From Octopus vulgaris (lineage: Eukaryota), in contig OX597828.1 of the NCBI GenBank assembly GCA_951406725.2, positions 64,790,001-64,854,000 on the forward strand: a stretch of DNA of 64,000 nucleotides. The letters are read 5' to 3'. Shown here piece after piece: positions 1 to 12,334 of the stretch; positions within the stretch are counted from its first letter, which is position 1; the number at the start of each line of letters is the position of its first letter. The position numbers and the translations under genes are program-made. The notes beneath the pieces are model-generated. The model did no database searches and had not been told where the DNA came from. It worked only from the letters and a program-made list of their open reading frames with translations.

Positions 1-888
1 TTTCACGAGCAGGCTGTTCCGTTGATCGGATCAACCGGAACCCTCATCGTCGTAACCGACGGAGTGCTTCCATATTTCATAAAATGATCATAAACAGCGC
101 ACTTAAACTTGCCAAATTTAAATAAAAGCCGCGAAGAAATATCACTAGGTATTCTGGGTCCAACGTCACGATTGCTACCCCATTCACACTTTAAGCACTT
201 TAAAGGGATTTTGCCTTAAATTGTAACTAGTACCTCTGGATATTTTAATGATATTTAAGTGAAATTTAACCCATTATAAATTAAGTAAATGTAAGAAAAT
301 CAGTAATCAACATCACAGTAACCCGTGTAACCTTTCTATGTACAAGAATATTGAGGCCGAATAATTTATACCACTTACACAAACTCTAATGCTTACTGCA
401 GTTTTACTAAACAAATGAAAATCTTATTTCCACAACTTTTCCTTCAGAAACCATAATAAAAGAAAACAAATATTTTATGGCTTCATTTATTTGATCGTTA
501 AAGGAAATCAGTTTCATAGGCCTTTAAATGTAGTACATTATATCTTACAAAAAATGTGTGTGGAATGATCATCCCTGTAATAATACCGCGGATAACAACC
601 ATATACTTTTTCTTTGAAACAATATTCTTCAACTTTCGGAAGGGCAGTTCTGAACTACAATCATAGATAACGTTTATCGTACAATTTTTCGCTCACCCTC
701 TTCCCAAAACACGCCATACGCGTTTTATATTATGATATGTTTTTGCTCTGTGCATTATGTTTTTTTCAACAGTTATTCCTTTCAAAAGCATTTCCTGTTG
801 TTTATTCATCTTCTAATACTTTATATCTTCCACATTATTCTCGGCTCTAATGCCAGCTCTATATAATCTGTTCTTGAGCAGCAGATTG

Positions 889-945
889 ATACTCTTTTAC
901 TTGTTTCAGTCATTTGACCGTGGCCATGCTGGAGCACCGCCTTTA
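889..945 (-). mobile_element. SINE family A tail fragment
   Basis: ACTTGTTTCAGTCATTTGAC..GGCCATGCTGGAGCACCGCCTTTA. Confidence 0.8.
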
Positions 946-1959
946 GTTTATGTTTGTTTTGATTTACTTACCTTTTTAACCGAATAGTTCTATCTAATGA
1001 GTTTACAGAAACAGGTTACAATATGTTCTATATTGAGTACTTTCTATTCGACAATATCTAATTTAATGTTAAGAAAAATGTATGTTTATATATATATATA
1101 TGTGTGTGTGTGTGCGTGTGTGTGTATGTGTGTGTATGTCTGTATGTCTGTATGTATACATAATGTATGCTATGGTATTTTTGTAATTATGTAGATATAT
1201 ACATGTATATATTCTTATAAGTTTTTAACAATTCTTCCAGATCGCTCCCTTTTTATCTACCTGCTTATAAATTAACTGCCGTATATGCCTACCTTTGTAA
1301 ATATCGGAATTTCTTTCCCGTAAATACCTTAATCAACTAAGAGAGATTATTTCCCGATCTTTTGAATATCTTCTTTTCTCTGGCGTTCATTGGCAATTGG
1401 CCCTAGGCTTTTGTATTCTCTCGTCCGCTAACTCCAAGTCTCACGTCTGAATTCCTTTTGTTTTGTATTCAGAAAATTAGATTTGCCAACATCACTTCTA
1501 TTACTCTATACGTGAAAATCTAAGTGAACTGTTCTGCAGGCTCCAGTAAACTAAACTATGCTGAGGATCACTAACAGACTCAAAAATATCAATGATTGTC
1601 TCTTACTTCGGGTGTTCTTCTTCCTAAACAGCTAAATCAATTTTCAGCAATTACATTTACATTCATAGAAATGATTTCACCATCGAAGGCTGTTAATAAC
1701 TACCGTCAGGGTTTTGAGTCTTTCCTAAATCTATAAGATAAATTTCGATTATTAAGCATTTTTTCATAGTGAGTTCAGCCCAACCCCCTGTTAACGGTGT
1801 TATCAAACTTCATGACATTTGTCCATTTCGTTTATTTTCTCCTTAGCTCATTTTATTTTGTTACTATATTCAGATACTAAATTTTGACAATGCTAGGCAT
1901 CAGGGTTACTCGACCGCAATACTTAATTCAGCCTAGCAATTATTTTTGTAGAAGAATTT

Positions 1960-2700
1960 ATTTGTATGACGAAGAAGTTAGACATAAAAAGATAATCAAA
2001 CCGCACCGATGATTCTGATAGGAATATATTGCACTTTCATTTCTTGAAGGAATATATTTGAATAAACAAAGCAACAGATGGAAATAAAACAACTGGACTG
2101 TCAGTTGAAAAGATATACTTTATTAGCTCTCGAGATTATGAATGATACCTTTTAAGCAAGATTTTATGGCACAACAATGTCGGATCAGTCATTATTCTTT
2201 CAAAATCAGAAATGTTCCATTGTGTTAAGGATCCTATTGATGATCCACAGTTACGCAAGTATTCATCATTGGTTTTTCAAACTTTCCTTTGCCGAAAGGG
2301 AATAACATTTCATTAGTTCATTCTTGTCGATAATCTAAGAGATGTACCATGCCTTTTTCTTAATCAATTACAGATTACAACCTAGAGAATTTAAACCAAC
2401 CGACCAAACGAAATATTGAACCTACTGCAGAAGCGTACATTTCATAGTTCAGTGGATACGATACAAAGCAGGAACTGTTTTCTTAGCGAATTATATCGAT
2501 ATCTACGGAAAGACACATATCAACTAAACAAAGCATATTTATATCAAGCAATTCCCACTGTTACATGTACAGCAGTGGTTGCATCGTTCAACAAAAGTGG
2601 ATCAACAGCTCAATCAATTTTTCATCTTCCAATTGACAGGCATTCTGTTATCAGTATTCATGTTAACGGCAGAGTAGTAAAATAATTACTTCGTTATTTC
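1960..2700 (-). mobile_element. Possible highly degenerate Tc1-like transposase relic
   Basis: LNTMEHF* near 2205-2235 resembles DLNPIEHxW; the rest is heavily decayed and the extent is uncertain. Confidence 0.3.
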
Positions 2701-4625
2701 ATCTGATGGGGAGAAAGGAGGATGCATAAACATGTCGAGATATATGTATGGTATCGATCAATTCTTTCGCGATTTTGTTTCCACTTCCTACGCCCACTGA
2801 TGCTAGACATATTGAGTTACAAGTTTAACTTAGCAATGATCGACAGCCTAGAAATGCAGTTTAAAACTTCGGTCTTGTTGGGCATGCGCACGTGAAGATT
2901 CAATCACATAATACTCTAATAAAATAGGAAGCACAGTAATAGTCATATAAGTTAAAAATCTATACATACTAACCCACAGAAACTGTGTGAGAAAAATAAA
3001 TTTTAAATCATTCACCCACAACCGCGAAATTTTAAATTTTCCTCAAAAATGGAGTTTCGTTCTCAAGTGAACCACAACAATTCTTAGTTAAAGGAAATCA
3101 AAACCTTACAAATTTTATGAGCACTTCTTCACGAGAAGTAGTTTATCTTCTTTACACTTTTCAGTTTTCAAATATTTCAGTCGATACAATCACTATCTTA
3201 ATACTAGATACTTAATACTAAACGCTTCTATTTGAGGGGATTAATCTGGAAAACGTCTTCTTCCGTTATACTTTACAACGATGTATTTATGCTTTGTTAT
3301 CTGGAGCAATTATGCGGTTGCGGTGTAAAGGCTTTTGAAAATGTTGTGTGTACTATTTCCTTTTTCATTTGAACAAAATGGTTCGAACCAATAATTTTTA
3401 CCAGCAGTAAGTTTCCTAAAATGTGAGAAATAGGTAATTTAACATGTCTATACTTTGAAAATGTTAGTCAAAAACAACGTTTGAAATAAAAATCCCAGGA
3501 TCTTAAAATGCATTCAGTTTCAAAAACGCAAAATTGTCGCAGCCTGTTGGTACTGAACTCATTCAGTCGCTTGTTATTTTCAGAAGCATCAGCTGTTCGC
3601 ACTTCTGTTGCCTTGGATACATAAGGAAGATGTTCATAAAACACAATCCTGATTCAGTTGGCTAATTTGCTGGAAAACTTCATCATGTTTACCTAAGAAT
3701 ATATCACAATGTCCACTACAAAGGTTTCTTAACAATTGTAATTTCAGAAATGTAAGGATACTATGATGTCACAGAGCATAACTAGATGACAATAAATTGA
3801 TTTGTGCATCTCAGTCGCCTGTATGAGATTATATGTGTACGTAATGCGAAATGAGTCGCTGTACTCGGAACCAGATTACCTATTCTCTGAGTACAGAGGT
3901 GGACGATTGATGGCCTCTTTAAACATCTGTACAATGCATGTGAATTTGAGTAAATGACTTTGTTTGAACAGAGGCTGATAATAAACTAGATTTAACACAA
4001 GTTTATCCAGAGAATCATGAATTAGTGATGTGTATACACCATCTTCGTTTGAGAATCTTATTTTCGCGAAATTCAAAACACATTCGAACCAGAATCAGTA
4101 ATGCGGGTTTGACAATTTCATTTCAAGATAGTTTGAATTAACCAGTTTCAAAACAGAGGTGTAAATTTGCATTTTCTCACTCTTACTAAAAAATATGATG
4201 GTCATTTACAACATATAGCATTCATATGACATAGCCGAATACGTGTATTCTTGCAAACAATATCTCCGGAGAAGCTTTAAGTTTATTTGATTTCTCATCA
4301 TTTCACGAACGTATAATGAGTGACAGGGGAACGATTTCACGGTTACTTCAGTAAAAATATATTTCCTTCTTTCAAGATAGAGTCATTGCAATCCGTATGC
4401 TATCGAATTCGTATGTGCGTCGGTTAACATTATTCTCTCATGGCTCACATTAGATAATTTAGTTTACGTCAGATTCATAATTTTCCACCTTGTCGACTTC
4501 TTCATTTTTACCTTCTTCTATACCTACCTTTCTTTGACGGTCTCTCGCATATTCCTTGGTTGACTATTGCTGCTTATATCTTACTTTTTCACGCAGTCAG
4601 ACAATCTATCTATACAAATATATAC

Positions 4626-4711
<86 letters not shown>

Positions 4712-4769
4712 ATGTGTGTGTGTATGTGTGTGTGTGTGTTTGTGTGTTTATGTGTATACATACATACCG

Positions 4770-5700
4770 AACTTCAAGATGAAAAAGAAACAAATGTTTC
4801 TATTATCCTAATTTCGTATATTTCATTAGCATTTCCCCTCATTATTCACAATATAATCCAATCTATTTGGCAGATTATTGATCCCTCGGGCGTAAAAGCT
4901 ATTCACGTTTCGAAGCGCTCTCATTTTTCATCTGTGCTCTGTTTAAATAAACTGTAATATTCTGAGGGAAAAACTGATAATCAGATAGAACAAAGTTAGA
5001 AGAGTAAGAAAGTGAGGCAAAATGTCCATCTTTAGAGCCATGATCTTTTTCTGAGTGACTTGGGCGCTTTTTCTGCAAATTGTTTCTGAATGCTTCCAAT
5101 TAGCGACAATAACTTTTTGCAGTGGTTGCCAAATTTTTGTTTGATACTTGTTGATTTATGCTACTGATCCTATCCCAAGAAATGTTTTGGGGTGTAGTCT
5201 TGGTTAGGGGGGGGGTATTCCCTTTAATCATCCGCTATAACGGGTTTTTATAGAGTTCCAACTTTTCATTACTTCTGGCTATTATACACAGGAAATGTTC
5301 CCTAGCAAGTATATTCTTCGTTAAGAAGCATAGGGCATCACTTTGCTATAACTCAGAAGAGGACCTACTGACGGAGTTTAGACACTTCGTCTATATGAAT
5401 TTGTATTCTGATCAACGTGCTACTTGAATTGAAATATTTTCCTAAATATCGTACAGTTTGCGTTGGATTTTTCTCGACTCCTGTATTCAGAAGGTCCATA
5501 TCGGAAGAACTTGGTCATCCAGATTGAGAGGAATCTTTGAGAGAAAAATTTCTCGACCAGAATTAAGCAAAATATTATTGGCTTTCCGGGACGTTTGAAA
5601 TTTCATTCCCATAAAGAGAATAAATATTTATTTCGGCTTCCATTGCTGAAGAACAACATTTGATTTCATACAGTATGTCGTTTCTGATATGATCCTAATC
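4770..5700 (-). mobile_element. Degenerate mariner transposon
   Basis: N-terminus HIRNDILYEIK..AMEAEINIYSLYG..FSLKDSSQSG*P; YSSNFVLSDYQFF resembles YSPDLAPSDYHLF; C-terminus FYARGINNLPNRL..V.N.G. Confidence 0.8.
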
Positions 5701-5934
5701 TCAAGTATAGTACAGAGTAATCTCAAAAAAAAAAAGAATATTAGAATATAAAAATTACTGTACGTACATATATAAAAAAACATACTATAAATACATTAAC
5801 ATACATCTATACATACAACACACACATAATGTGGTGCTAAAGTAAAACTAAAACACACACACACACATATATATGTATATATGTGTGTGCATGTATGTAT
5901 ATACATATCTGTGTATATAAATATGTATGTATGC

Positions 5935-5997
<63 letters not shown>

Positions 5998-6094
5998 ACG
6001 GGAAGCTTTATGAAAATAAACAAAAGACGAAGGCAGGTGGAATACAAACAAACAATTGTATTAGTATAGCGCTCAGGAATATAAATAAAACAAG

Positions 6095-6132
6095 TCTTTT
6101 ACGTTTCGAGCCTACGCTCTTCAACAGAAAGA
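6095..6132 (-). ncRNA. Minimal type I hammerhead ribozyme-like motif (core variant) in the Penelope pLTR
   Basis: Minus strand reads TCTTT-CTGTTGA-A-GAGC(GTAG)GCTC-GAAAC-GTA-AAAGA. Stem I is 5 bp, stem II is 4 bp, stem III is the palindrome ACGT, and core A6 is replaced by U. Confidence 0.7.
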
Positions 6133-6397
6133 TACACAGAAAAGAAACACGGAGAGAAACAAGGAGAGAAAAAATGCGTACAGAAGCTAGCGAATCAACA
6201 TGGCGATATGATTCCGGCCAGAAGTCAAAGATCAAACGTGAGACGCAAGAGCGAAAATAGGGGAGATAACAGGGTCAAATGACCACGCCCCAACATAAGG
6301 GTGTGTGTGTGTATGAGAGAGTTTGTAGTGCGTATGAGAGGTCTGGACGTGTGTATGTATGTATGATGTGATATGTAATGTCGTATGGTGTAGTGTA

Positions 6398-7130
6398 GAG
6401 AGAGGAGGGGAGGGGGAGAGGGGAGGAGGAGGGAGGATAGGAGGAGGAGATAAGGGGGAGAGAGAGGAGAGGAGAGATGAGGGGGGAGAGATGGGAGGGG
6501 ACAGTGGGAGAGAGGAAGGAAGGAAGGAGGAAGAGAGGAAGAAGGGGAAAGGGAAGAGAAGGGGAAGATGAGGGGGGAAAGAAAGAGGAGAAGAGCAGGG
6601 AGGAGGGAGAAGGGGGAAAGGCGAGAGTGAGGAGGGGGAGAGGGGGGAGGAGGAAATAAGGAGGGGTGAGGGTGAGATGAGGAGGGAGGGGGAGATGAGA
6701 TGAGATGAGGGGGATAAGGAAAGAGGAGAAGAGGAGGGAGGAGGAGGAGGGAAGGGGAGAGGGAAGAAGAGAAGAAGAGGAGGGAGGAGGAGGAGGGAAG
6801 GGGAGAGGGAAGAAGAGAAGAAGAGGAGGGAGGAGGAGGAGGGAGGAGGAGGAGGGAAGGGGAAGAGGGAAGAGGAGGAGGAGGGGGAAGGGGGAGAGGG
6901 AAGGAGAGGAGAAGAGGAGGGGAAAGGAGGAGGGTGGAGAGATGGAGGGGGAGAGAGGGGAGAGAGAGAAGGGGAGTGAGAGAGCAGAGAGAAAGAGGGA
7001 AGGGGAAGAGGGAAGAAGAAAGAGGGAAGAAGGGAAAGAGAGTAGGGGTGAAAGGATGAAGGACTGAAGAGAAGTAGGGGTCGGGGGAGGTTAGATGAGG
7101 AGGGGGAGAAGGGGGTTAGATAAGGAGGGG
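6398..7130. repeat. ~730-bp polypurine/polypyrimidine (GGA/GAG-rich) tract in the Penelope 3' region
   Basis: Almost exclusively A/G on the + strand; the source of the spurious Pro/Ser and Glu/Arg/Gly ORFs. Confidence 0.9.
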
Positions 7131-8409
7131 GGAGAGTTGAGACCAAATGGCGTAAAAGAGCGAAGAGAGAAGATTAATTCTTGTTCACGGCGCAAACGGG
7201 AATCCGGATGGCCTCTGTGCAAGGACAAACCGAACACAGACCGGTGTTGCAAGGAGTGACCGGTGGAGCGGAAATGGCGTGAGACCGGTGTGTCGTTGGC
7301 AAGGCGGATGTCACGGAGGTGTTCCACGAACCGGTCAGCCAAGCGGCGTCCCGTTTGTCCGATGTACAGGGAGGGAATGGCAGAGAGAGCAAGAGATGCA
7401 ATAGATGATATTGCTGGAGGTGCAGGTGAAAGAGTTGATGATGCGATAGGGTCGATGATGGGTGCCAGTGAGGAGGGTGGTGTTGGAGAGGTAAGGGCAA
7501 GTGCGGCAACGTGGGCGGGAGCAGGGGAACGAGCCAGGTTGGGAGGTAGCGTCAGGGAAGTAGCTGTGGACCAAAATGTCTCGTAGGTTATGGGCTCGTT
7601 TGAAGGAGGGGAGGGGTCGGGTAGGGAAGAGGTGTGAAGTGGACGGGTCGGACTGGGGATGCCGGAAAGCTCGAAGAGTGGTGCGTTGGAGAGGTAGGGT
7701 CGTGGGGTGGTAAGTGAGGGGAAAAGGGATGCGGGAGACTACAGGGTGTGTTCGGGGGGAGAGAGCAGATGCATGGTCTACGGAACGTGCTCTGGCAAGG
7801 GCGGTGTGGGTAGTGGTGAGGGGGTATCCACGTAGGATGAAATGGTGAGCCATGCGTTGAGACTGAGTCTCAAAGTCATGGTCGTCACGACAGAGCCTAC
7901 GTAGACGGAGGAATTGGGAATAGGGGATGGAAAGCTTGGTGTGTCTTGGGTGGGAGGAAGAGAAGTTTAGGTATGAGTGTGAGTTTGTGTATTTGTAGTG
8001 AATGGGGGTGGTAAGAGTGGAGTGATGAATGCTGACCGAAATGTCGAGGAAGGAGACAGAGGTGTTGGAGATAGTGGAGGTGAAGTGGAGGGCTGGATGG
8101 AAGGATTGAACGAAAGAGAGAAAGTAATCTAGATGTTCACGGGAGAGTGAGGTGGCACCGATAATGTCGTCAATGTAACTATCGTATAGTTCAGGAGTGG
8201 GACCAGTGAAATTAGAGAATATTTGGGCCTCAACATAGCCAACGAACAGGTTCGCATAGTTGGGGCCCATTCGCGTTCCCATGGCCACTCCCGATACTGT
8301 TGTAGAACTCGCCCGCGAACGAGAAGCAGTTGAGAGTAAGGACAAGTTCGGACAGACGAATGAGTGTGGAGGTGTCAGGTTCAGGGTTGGGGCGGAGGTC
8401 GAGAAAGTG
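7091..8409 (-). pseudogene. Penelope reverse transcriptase C-terminal half + GIY-YIG endonuclease (frameshifted, N-terminally truncated)
   Basis: Motifs GVAMGTRMGPNYANLF, YIDD, FLDISV, YLNFSSSHP, IPYSQFLRLRRLC, CSRPRCRTC and IIYCISCSLC. After a frameshift near 7375 it reads LYIGQTGRRLADRFVEH...REQELIFSL..PFGLN. A second frameshift lies near 8300. Confidence 0.93.
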
Positions 8410-8445
8410 TTTTACGTTTCGAGCCTACGCTCTTCAACAGAAAGA
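8410..8445 (-). ncRNA. Second copy of the pLTR hammerhead-like motif, truncated 3 nt after the predicted cleavage site
   Basis: Core, stem II and stem III are identical to 6100-6132; homology stops at 8410. Confidence 0.6.
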
Positions 8446-8582
8446 TACACAGAAACGAAACACGGAGAGAAACAAGGAGAGAAAAGAAATGCGTGCAGAA
8501 GCTAGCGAATCAACATGGTGATATGATTTCGGCCAGAAGTCAAAGATCAAACGTGAGATGCAAGAGTGAAAATAGATACAAG

Positions 8583-8664
<82 letters not shown>

Positions 8665-8912
8665 AGGCAAATAAGATAAGGTAGAAAATGTTAAAATAAT
8701 TTTATCATGAAGAACATTTTAGTACTAGTTTCAGTCTGCGACTTTTGCAACCTAGAGTAATGCATGAAAAACATGATTTTGCTCTAGATTTCATTCAGTG
8801 GAATCGAACTAAAGTATTTAGGCTTGCGAAGTGGATGTGTTAACCATTCCCCCACACTCTACCCCGTAATATGCATGCACACACACACACACACACACTG
8901 ACAAACATGCAC

Positions 8913-8943
<31 letters not shown>

Positions 8944-8998
8944 CATACATGAATATATATTTATACATATATACATATATACACATATATATACATAA

Positions 8999-9047
<49 letters not shown>

Positions 9048-9339
9048 TGTGTATCTGTGTTTATCACTAATATAACGCTACTATTACATTTTCCATTCCC
9101 ATGATAAGGCACTGTCAGTCATTATTTGCATTGTGCTTGGGGAATTTAAACCAATGTTTGCAGAAATCTGAATTCTTTTCACAAGTTTGAAAAACGTATT
9201 TCCGTCTCGATTATAAATATATTTCCAAGCTATATTTGGAAAGATCTTTTTATGTTTGTATACGTACTGATATGTCTGTTGTGTACTCTTGGGCATTTTG
9301 TATCTATGAGCAACTTACAATCGTAAACATACGAAGAAA

Positions 9340-9700
9340 ATATCTATGGAAAGAAATCACAAGTAGAAATCAAATATGAAATTACCAAAGAAAAGCTCAT
9401 CGCTGCCGAGGTGGGACACATGGCTATGAGCAAGACTTTAGTGAACATTTTCATGTTGAGAAAAACAGAGATGTTAGTAAACGAGAAAAACGAAGATGAT
9501 GTTACGCTAGAGCCATACGTCAGGGTGTTGTATCATATGCAGGAGTTGGACAACTGCATTTCGTCAGTCAGTGCACTGCATTTGTCAACAAAGCTAGGGG
9601 AACTCATGCTTTTGCCAATCAACAAGCAATTTGATGAACCTGATTAGGGATCTGCGCTTGGTTTCATGACAACCGCGGATTGATAAGCTTATCAACACAT
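9340..9700 (+). mobile_element. Possible pogo/Tigger-like relic
   Basis: Weak resemblance to a pogo N-terminal HTH (VEIKYEITK..., SKTLVNIF). Confidence 0.25.
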
Positions 9701-10171
9701 CAACGTGTTTTCTTTAACGGATACATCAAGAAACCATAAAGAATATATGCTGTAATTAAAAACAATTTAACTGACTTCCCCTTTAATACTGAGGTAAATC
9801 TAAGCGAAATGAACTCCCATCTAATCTGAAAACTCTATCTGGCTGATATACCGAGGTACAGAGGCTATTATTGATGTCAAAGTAACTACACTGAGCTACT
9901 AATCAAAATTCCGTACCAAGATTCAATTTTCGATCAGCTTGTTCGATAATAATGATAAGCAGTGATGCTCTGCCATGGCATTCTGCACCTATTTTGATAT
10001 ATTTCAAGTTTAATTATGTCTGCATTGAAACTATGAATACTATACGTATGTAGAAAATGTTGTAGATGAATCTTTTTAGGTGTGCTGAGTAAAATATAGC
10101 AGAAATCATCAACAAATATCCAATAGTTATACACTGCCAAACTTTTCTGAGACCCGTGTGCAATTATATGA

Positions 10172-10207
<36 letters not shown>

Positions 10208-10932
10208 GTGAGTGGCATCAAAAAGGTGAAATGGATGCGTGGCGTTCAGTTAAATAACAAATAATAAATAATGTGTGTGTGCGTGTGTGTGTGTGTGTAT
10301 GTATGTATGGATAGATGGATGGATGGATGGATGGATGGACGGATGGATGAATTATATTAATTACTTTGCATTCTAATGATCGTGATTATTATCTCAGTAG
10401 CCTTCAGGTTGTTTTTGATTAGCAGTGTTCTCTGCACGAATAATGATGACACATTTTATTTAATTGTATCGGGTATTTGAAACTCCAATCCTTGTTACCT
10501 AAAATTCACATGTCACGCAATGAGGTAATATAATAAATAAAGTTGAATAGATACTCAAGTGTTCAATTCATGCTTCAAAAGCTTTCAAAGCATGGCGATT
10601 TATTTCCACAAATTGTATTGCATCAATATTATATATATATAAATTGCCCGTTTTTGCATCCGGCATCTGAGAACCAGCTGTGAAATGGTGGAGGATAATA
10701 AAACATATTGTGTGCCAAAATATTGTATTGGCGTGCTGTTGATACATCGCACTCCGTGTGCATTCGGACATGGAAAGCCAATACGCTGCACAAGTTGTCT
10801 CCAGAGAAGTAATCCTCTTTCTCCAAAGAAATTGAATGTAGATGTTAGATATTCTCTTTATTCATAATTACTTTTAAGTAATTTATTAAAGGATAATATA
10901 CTTACAGAAGGAAATTATATAACCTTTGCCAT

Positions 10933-11300
10933 TGTTACTTTCGCCTTAGCGAAGGGGGATGTTTTGTTTTCAGTCATGTTCGTTTGTTTGTCCATGGACA
11001 AAATAACTCAAGAAATGCTCGATGGATTCCAATAAAACTTTCAGGAATGTTTGGTGTTGTGACTGGCACGATCTGATTAGATTTTGGGCTCGATCCAGTT
11101 GCAGACATGGATTTTGGATTATTTTTCCGGTTTCCTTACTTAATTTTGGAGAGCGGTTGGTTTCATTTTTAGTATTCTCGTTTATGAGAGCAGTCGAATT
11201 TATTTAAAATATTCTCATTTTAGAAATCATCTCTGGGTTATCGCTGGGAGGACGTTGGTGTTGCCTTGGTGGAGATTTGCGCTCTCTGAGTGCTCTTGTT
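10933..11300 (+). mobile_element. Non-autonomous Helentron-like (HINE/DINE-type) element
   Basis: 5' TTACTTTCGCC pairs imperfectly with subterminal GGTGGAGAT. It has a short GTTT/GTCC microrepeat, a 3' hairpin GCGCTC-TCT-GAGTGC and ends CTTGTT. Confidence 0.6.
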
Positions 11301-11468
11301 GAGATTTTATTACATTGAATCGCATAGTTACAAATGAAAATTGAAACAAGATATTCATTTCATCAAATGATACTGGTTTTCTGAAATGCATAACGATAGA
11401 GCCTCTAAATATACATAGTTATGGAATTATATTCCCGGACAAGTACGCCAACATATAATTTTTAATTG

Positions 11469-11538
<70 letters not shown>

Positions 11539-11608
11539 TGTGTGTTCGTGCGGTGGTGCGTATGTATGTGTGTTTATGTGTGTATGCCTATATGTGTATA
11601 TATGTATA

Positions 11609-11665
<57 letters not shown>

Positions 11666-11673
<8 letters not shown>

Positions 11674-12149
11674 AGTGAATTGAAGAAATGGAGTTGAACG
11701 AAGATTGAACAGAAATCGCTTTATTTCATTCTACACGTGTTTCGAAAGGCACAATTTACCAAATTCCGATTTGGCCATGGGCTCTTAGGAGCCTCGTTCG
11801 ATTTGTTTTGCTCCGCCTCTGTTCTGTTTTTGTTTTTTCCAACGGATTTCCTATTTCTTCCTGAAGAGAAAGACACAATATGGTCTCATTATTCAATCGG
11901 AATTTGGTAAATTGTGCCTTTCGAAACACGTGTAGAATGAAATAAAGCGATTTCTGTTCAATCTTCGTTCAACTCCATTTCTTCAATTCACTAATAATAT
12001 TAATATTCAATTATCCGCACCAACGCACGGTTGCAACACCATATGGTTGTACCTCCAACCGTGCTGTCTTCTGCTGTGATTTTTGCTACCAAGGTATCGC
12101 TTAAACTTTTGATTAATCTGCAACAAGATTATTCATCTTTCTATTTCAC

Positions 12150-12150
<1 letters not shown>
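11666..12150 (+). mobile_element. Non-coding Penelope-pLTR-like module with inverted partial copy, between (TA)n arrays
   Basis: 106-bp inverted repeat at 11666-11771 and 11895-12000, internal hammerhead motif, and (TA)n on both sides. Confidence 0.7.
11852..11944 (+). ncRNA. Type I hammerhead ribozyme with intact core and long stem II
   Basis: TATTTCTTC / CTGAAGA (11861-67) / GAAAGACACAAT...ATTGTGCCTTTC / GAAAC-ACGT-GTA / GAATGAAATA. Predicted cleavage is after 11934. Confidence 0.8.
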
Positions 12151-12232
<82 letters not shown>

Positions 12233-12334
12233 AAAAAATGAAGTTCGAAAATGCTGCTGTATTATACAATTTTTAATTTTTATATATACATTATAACATG
12301 TTTCAGTTCCTGAAATGAACCTTATCAAAAAAAG

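Larger units (their letters stand above)
5992..8575 (-). mobile_element. Penelope-like retroelement (EN+, GIY-YIG), 5'-truncated, with direct pseudo-LTR copies, flanked by (TA)n and (CA)n/(TA)n arrays
   Basis: RT and GIY-YIG coding region 7091-8409. A direct repeat of about 165 bp lies at 6097-6260 and 8410-8575. Both copies carry a hammerhead-like motif, and both ends abut microsatellites. Confidence 0.93.

Noticed and set aside
6232-7146. 304-aa Pro/Ser/Leu-rich ORF and opposite-strand Glu/Arg/Gly ORFs
   Set aside because: They are translations of the low-complexity purine tract.
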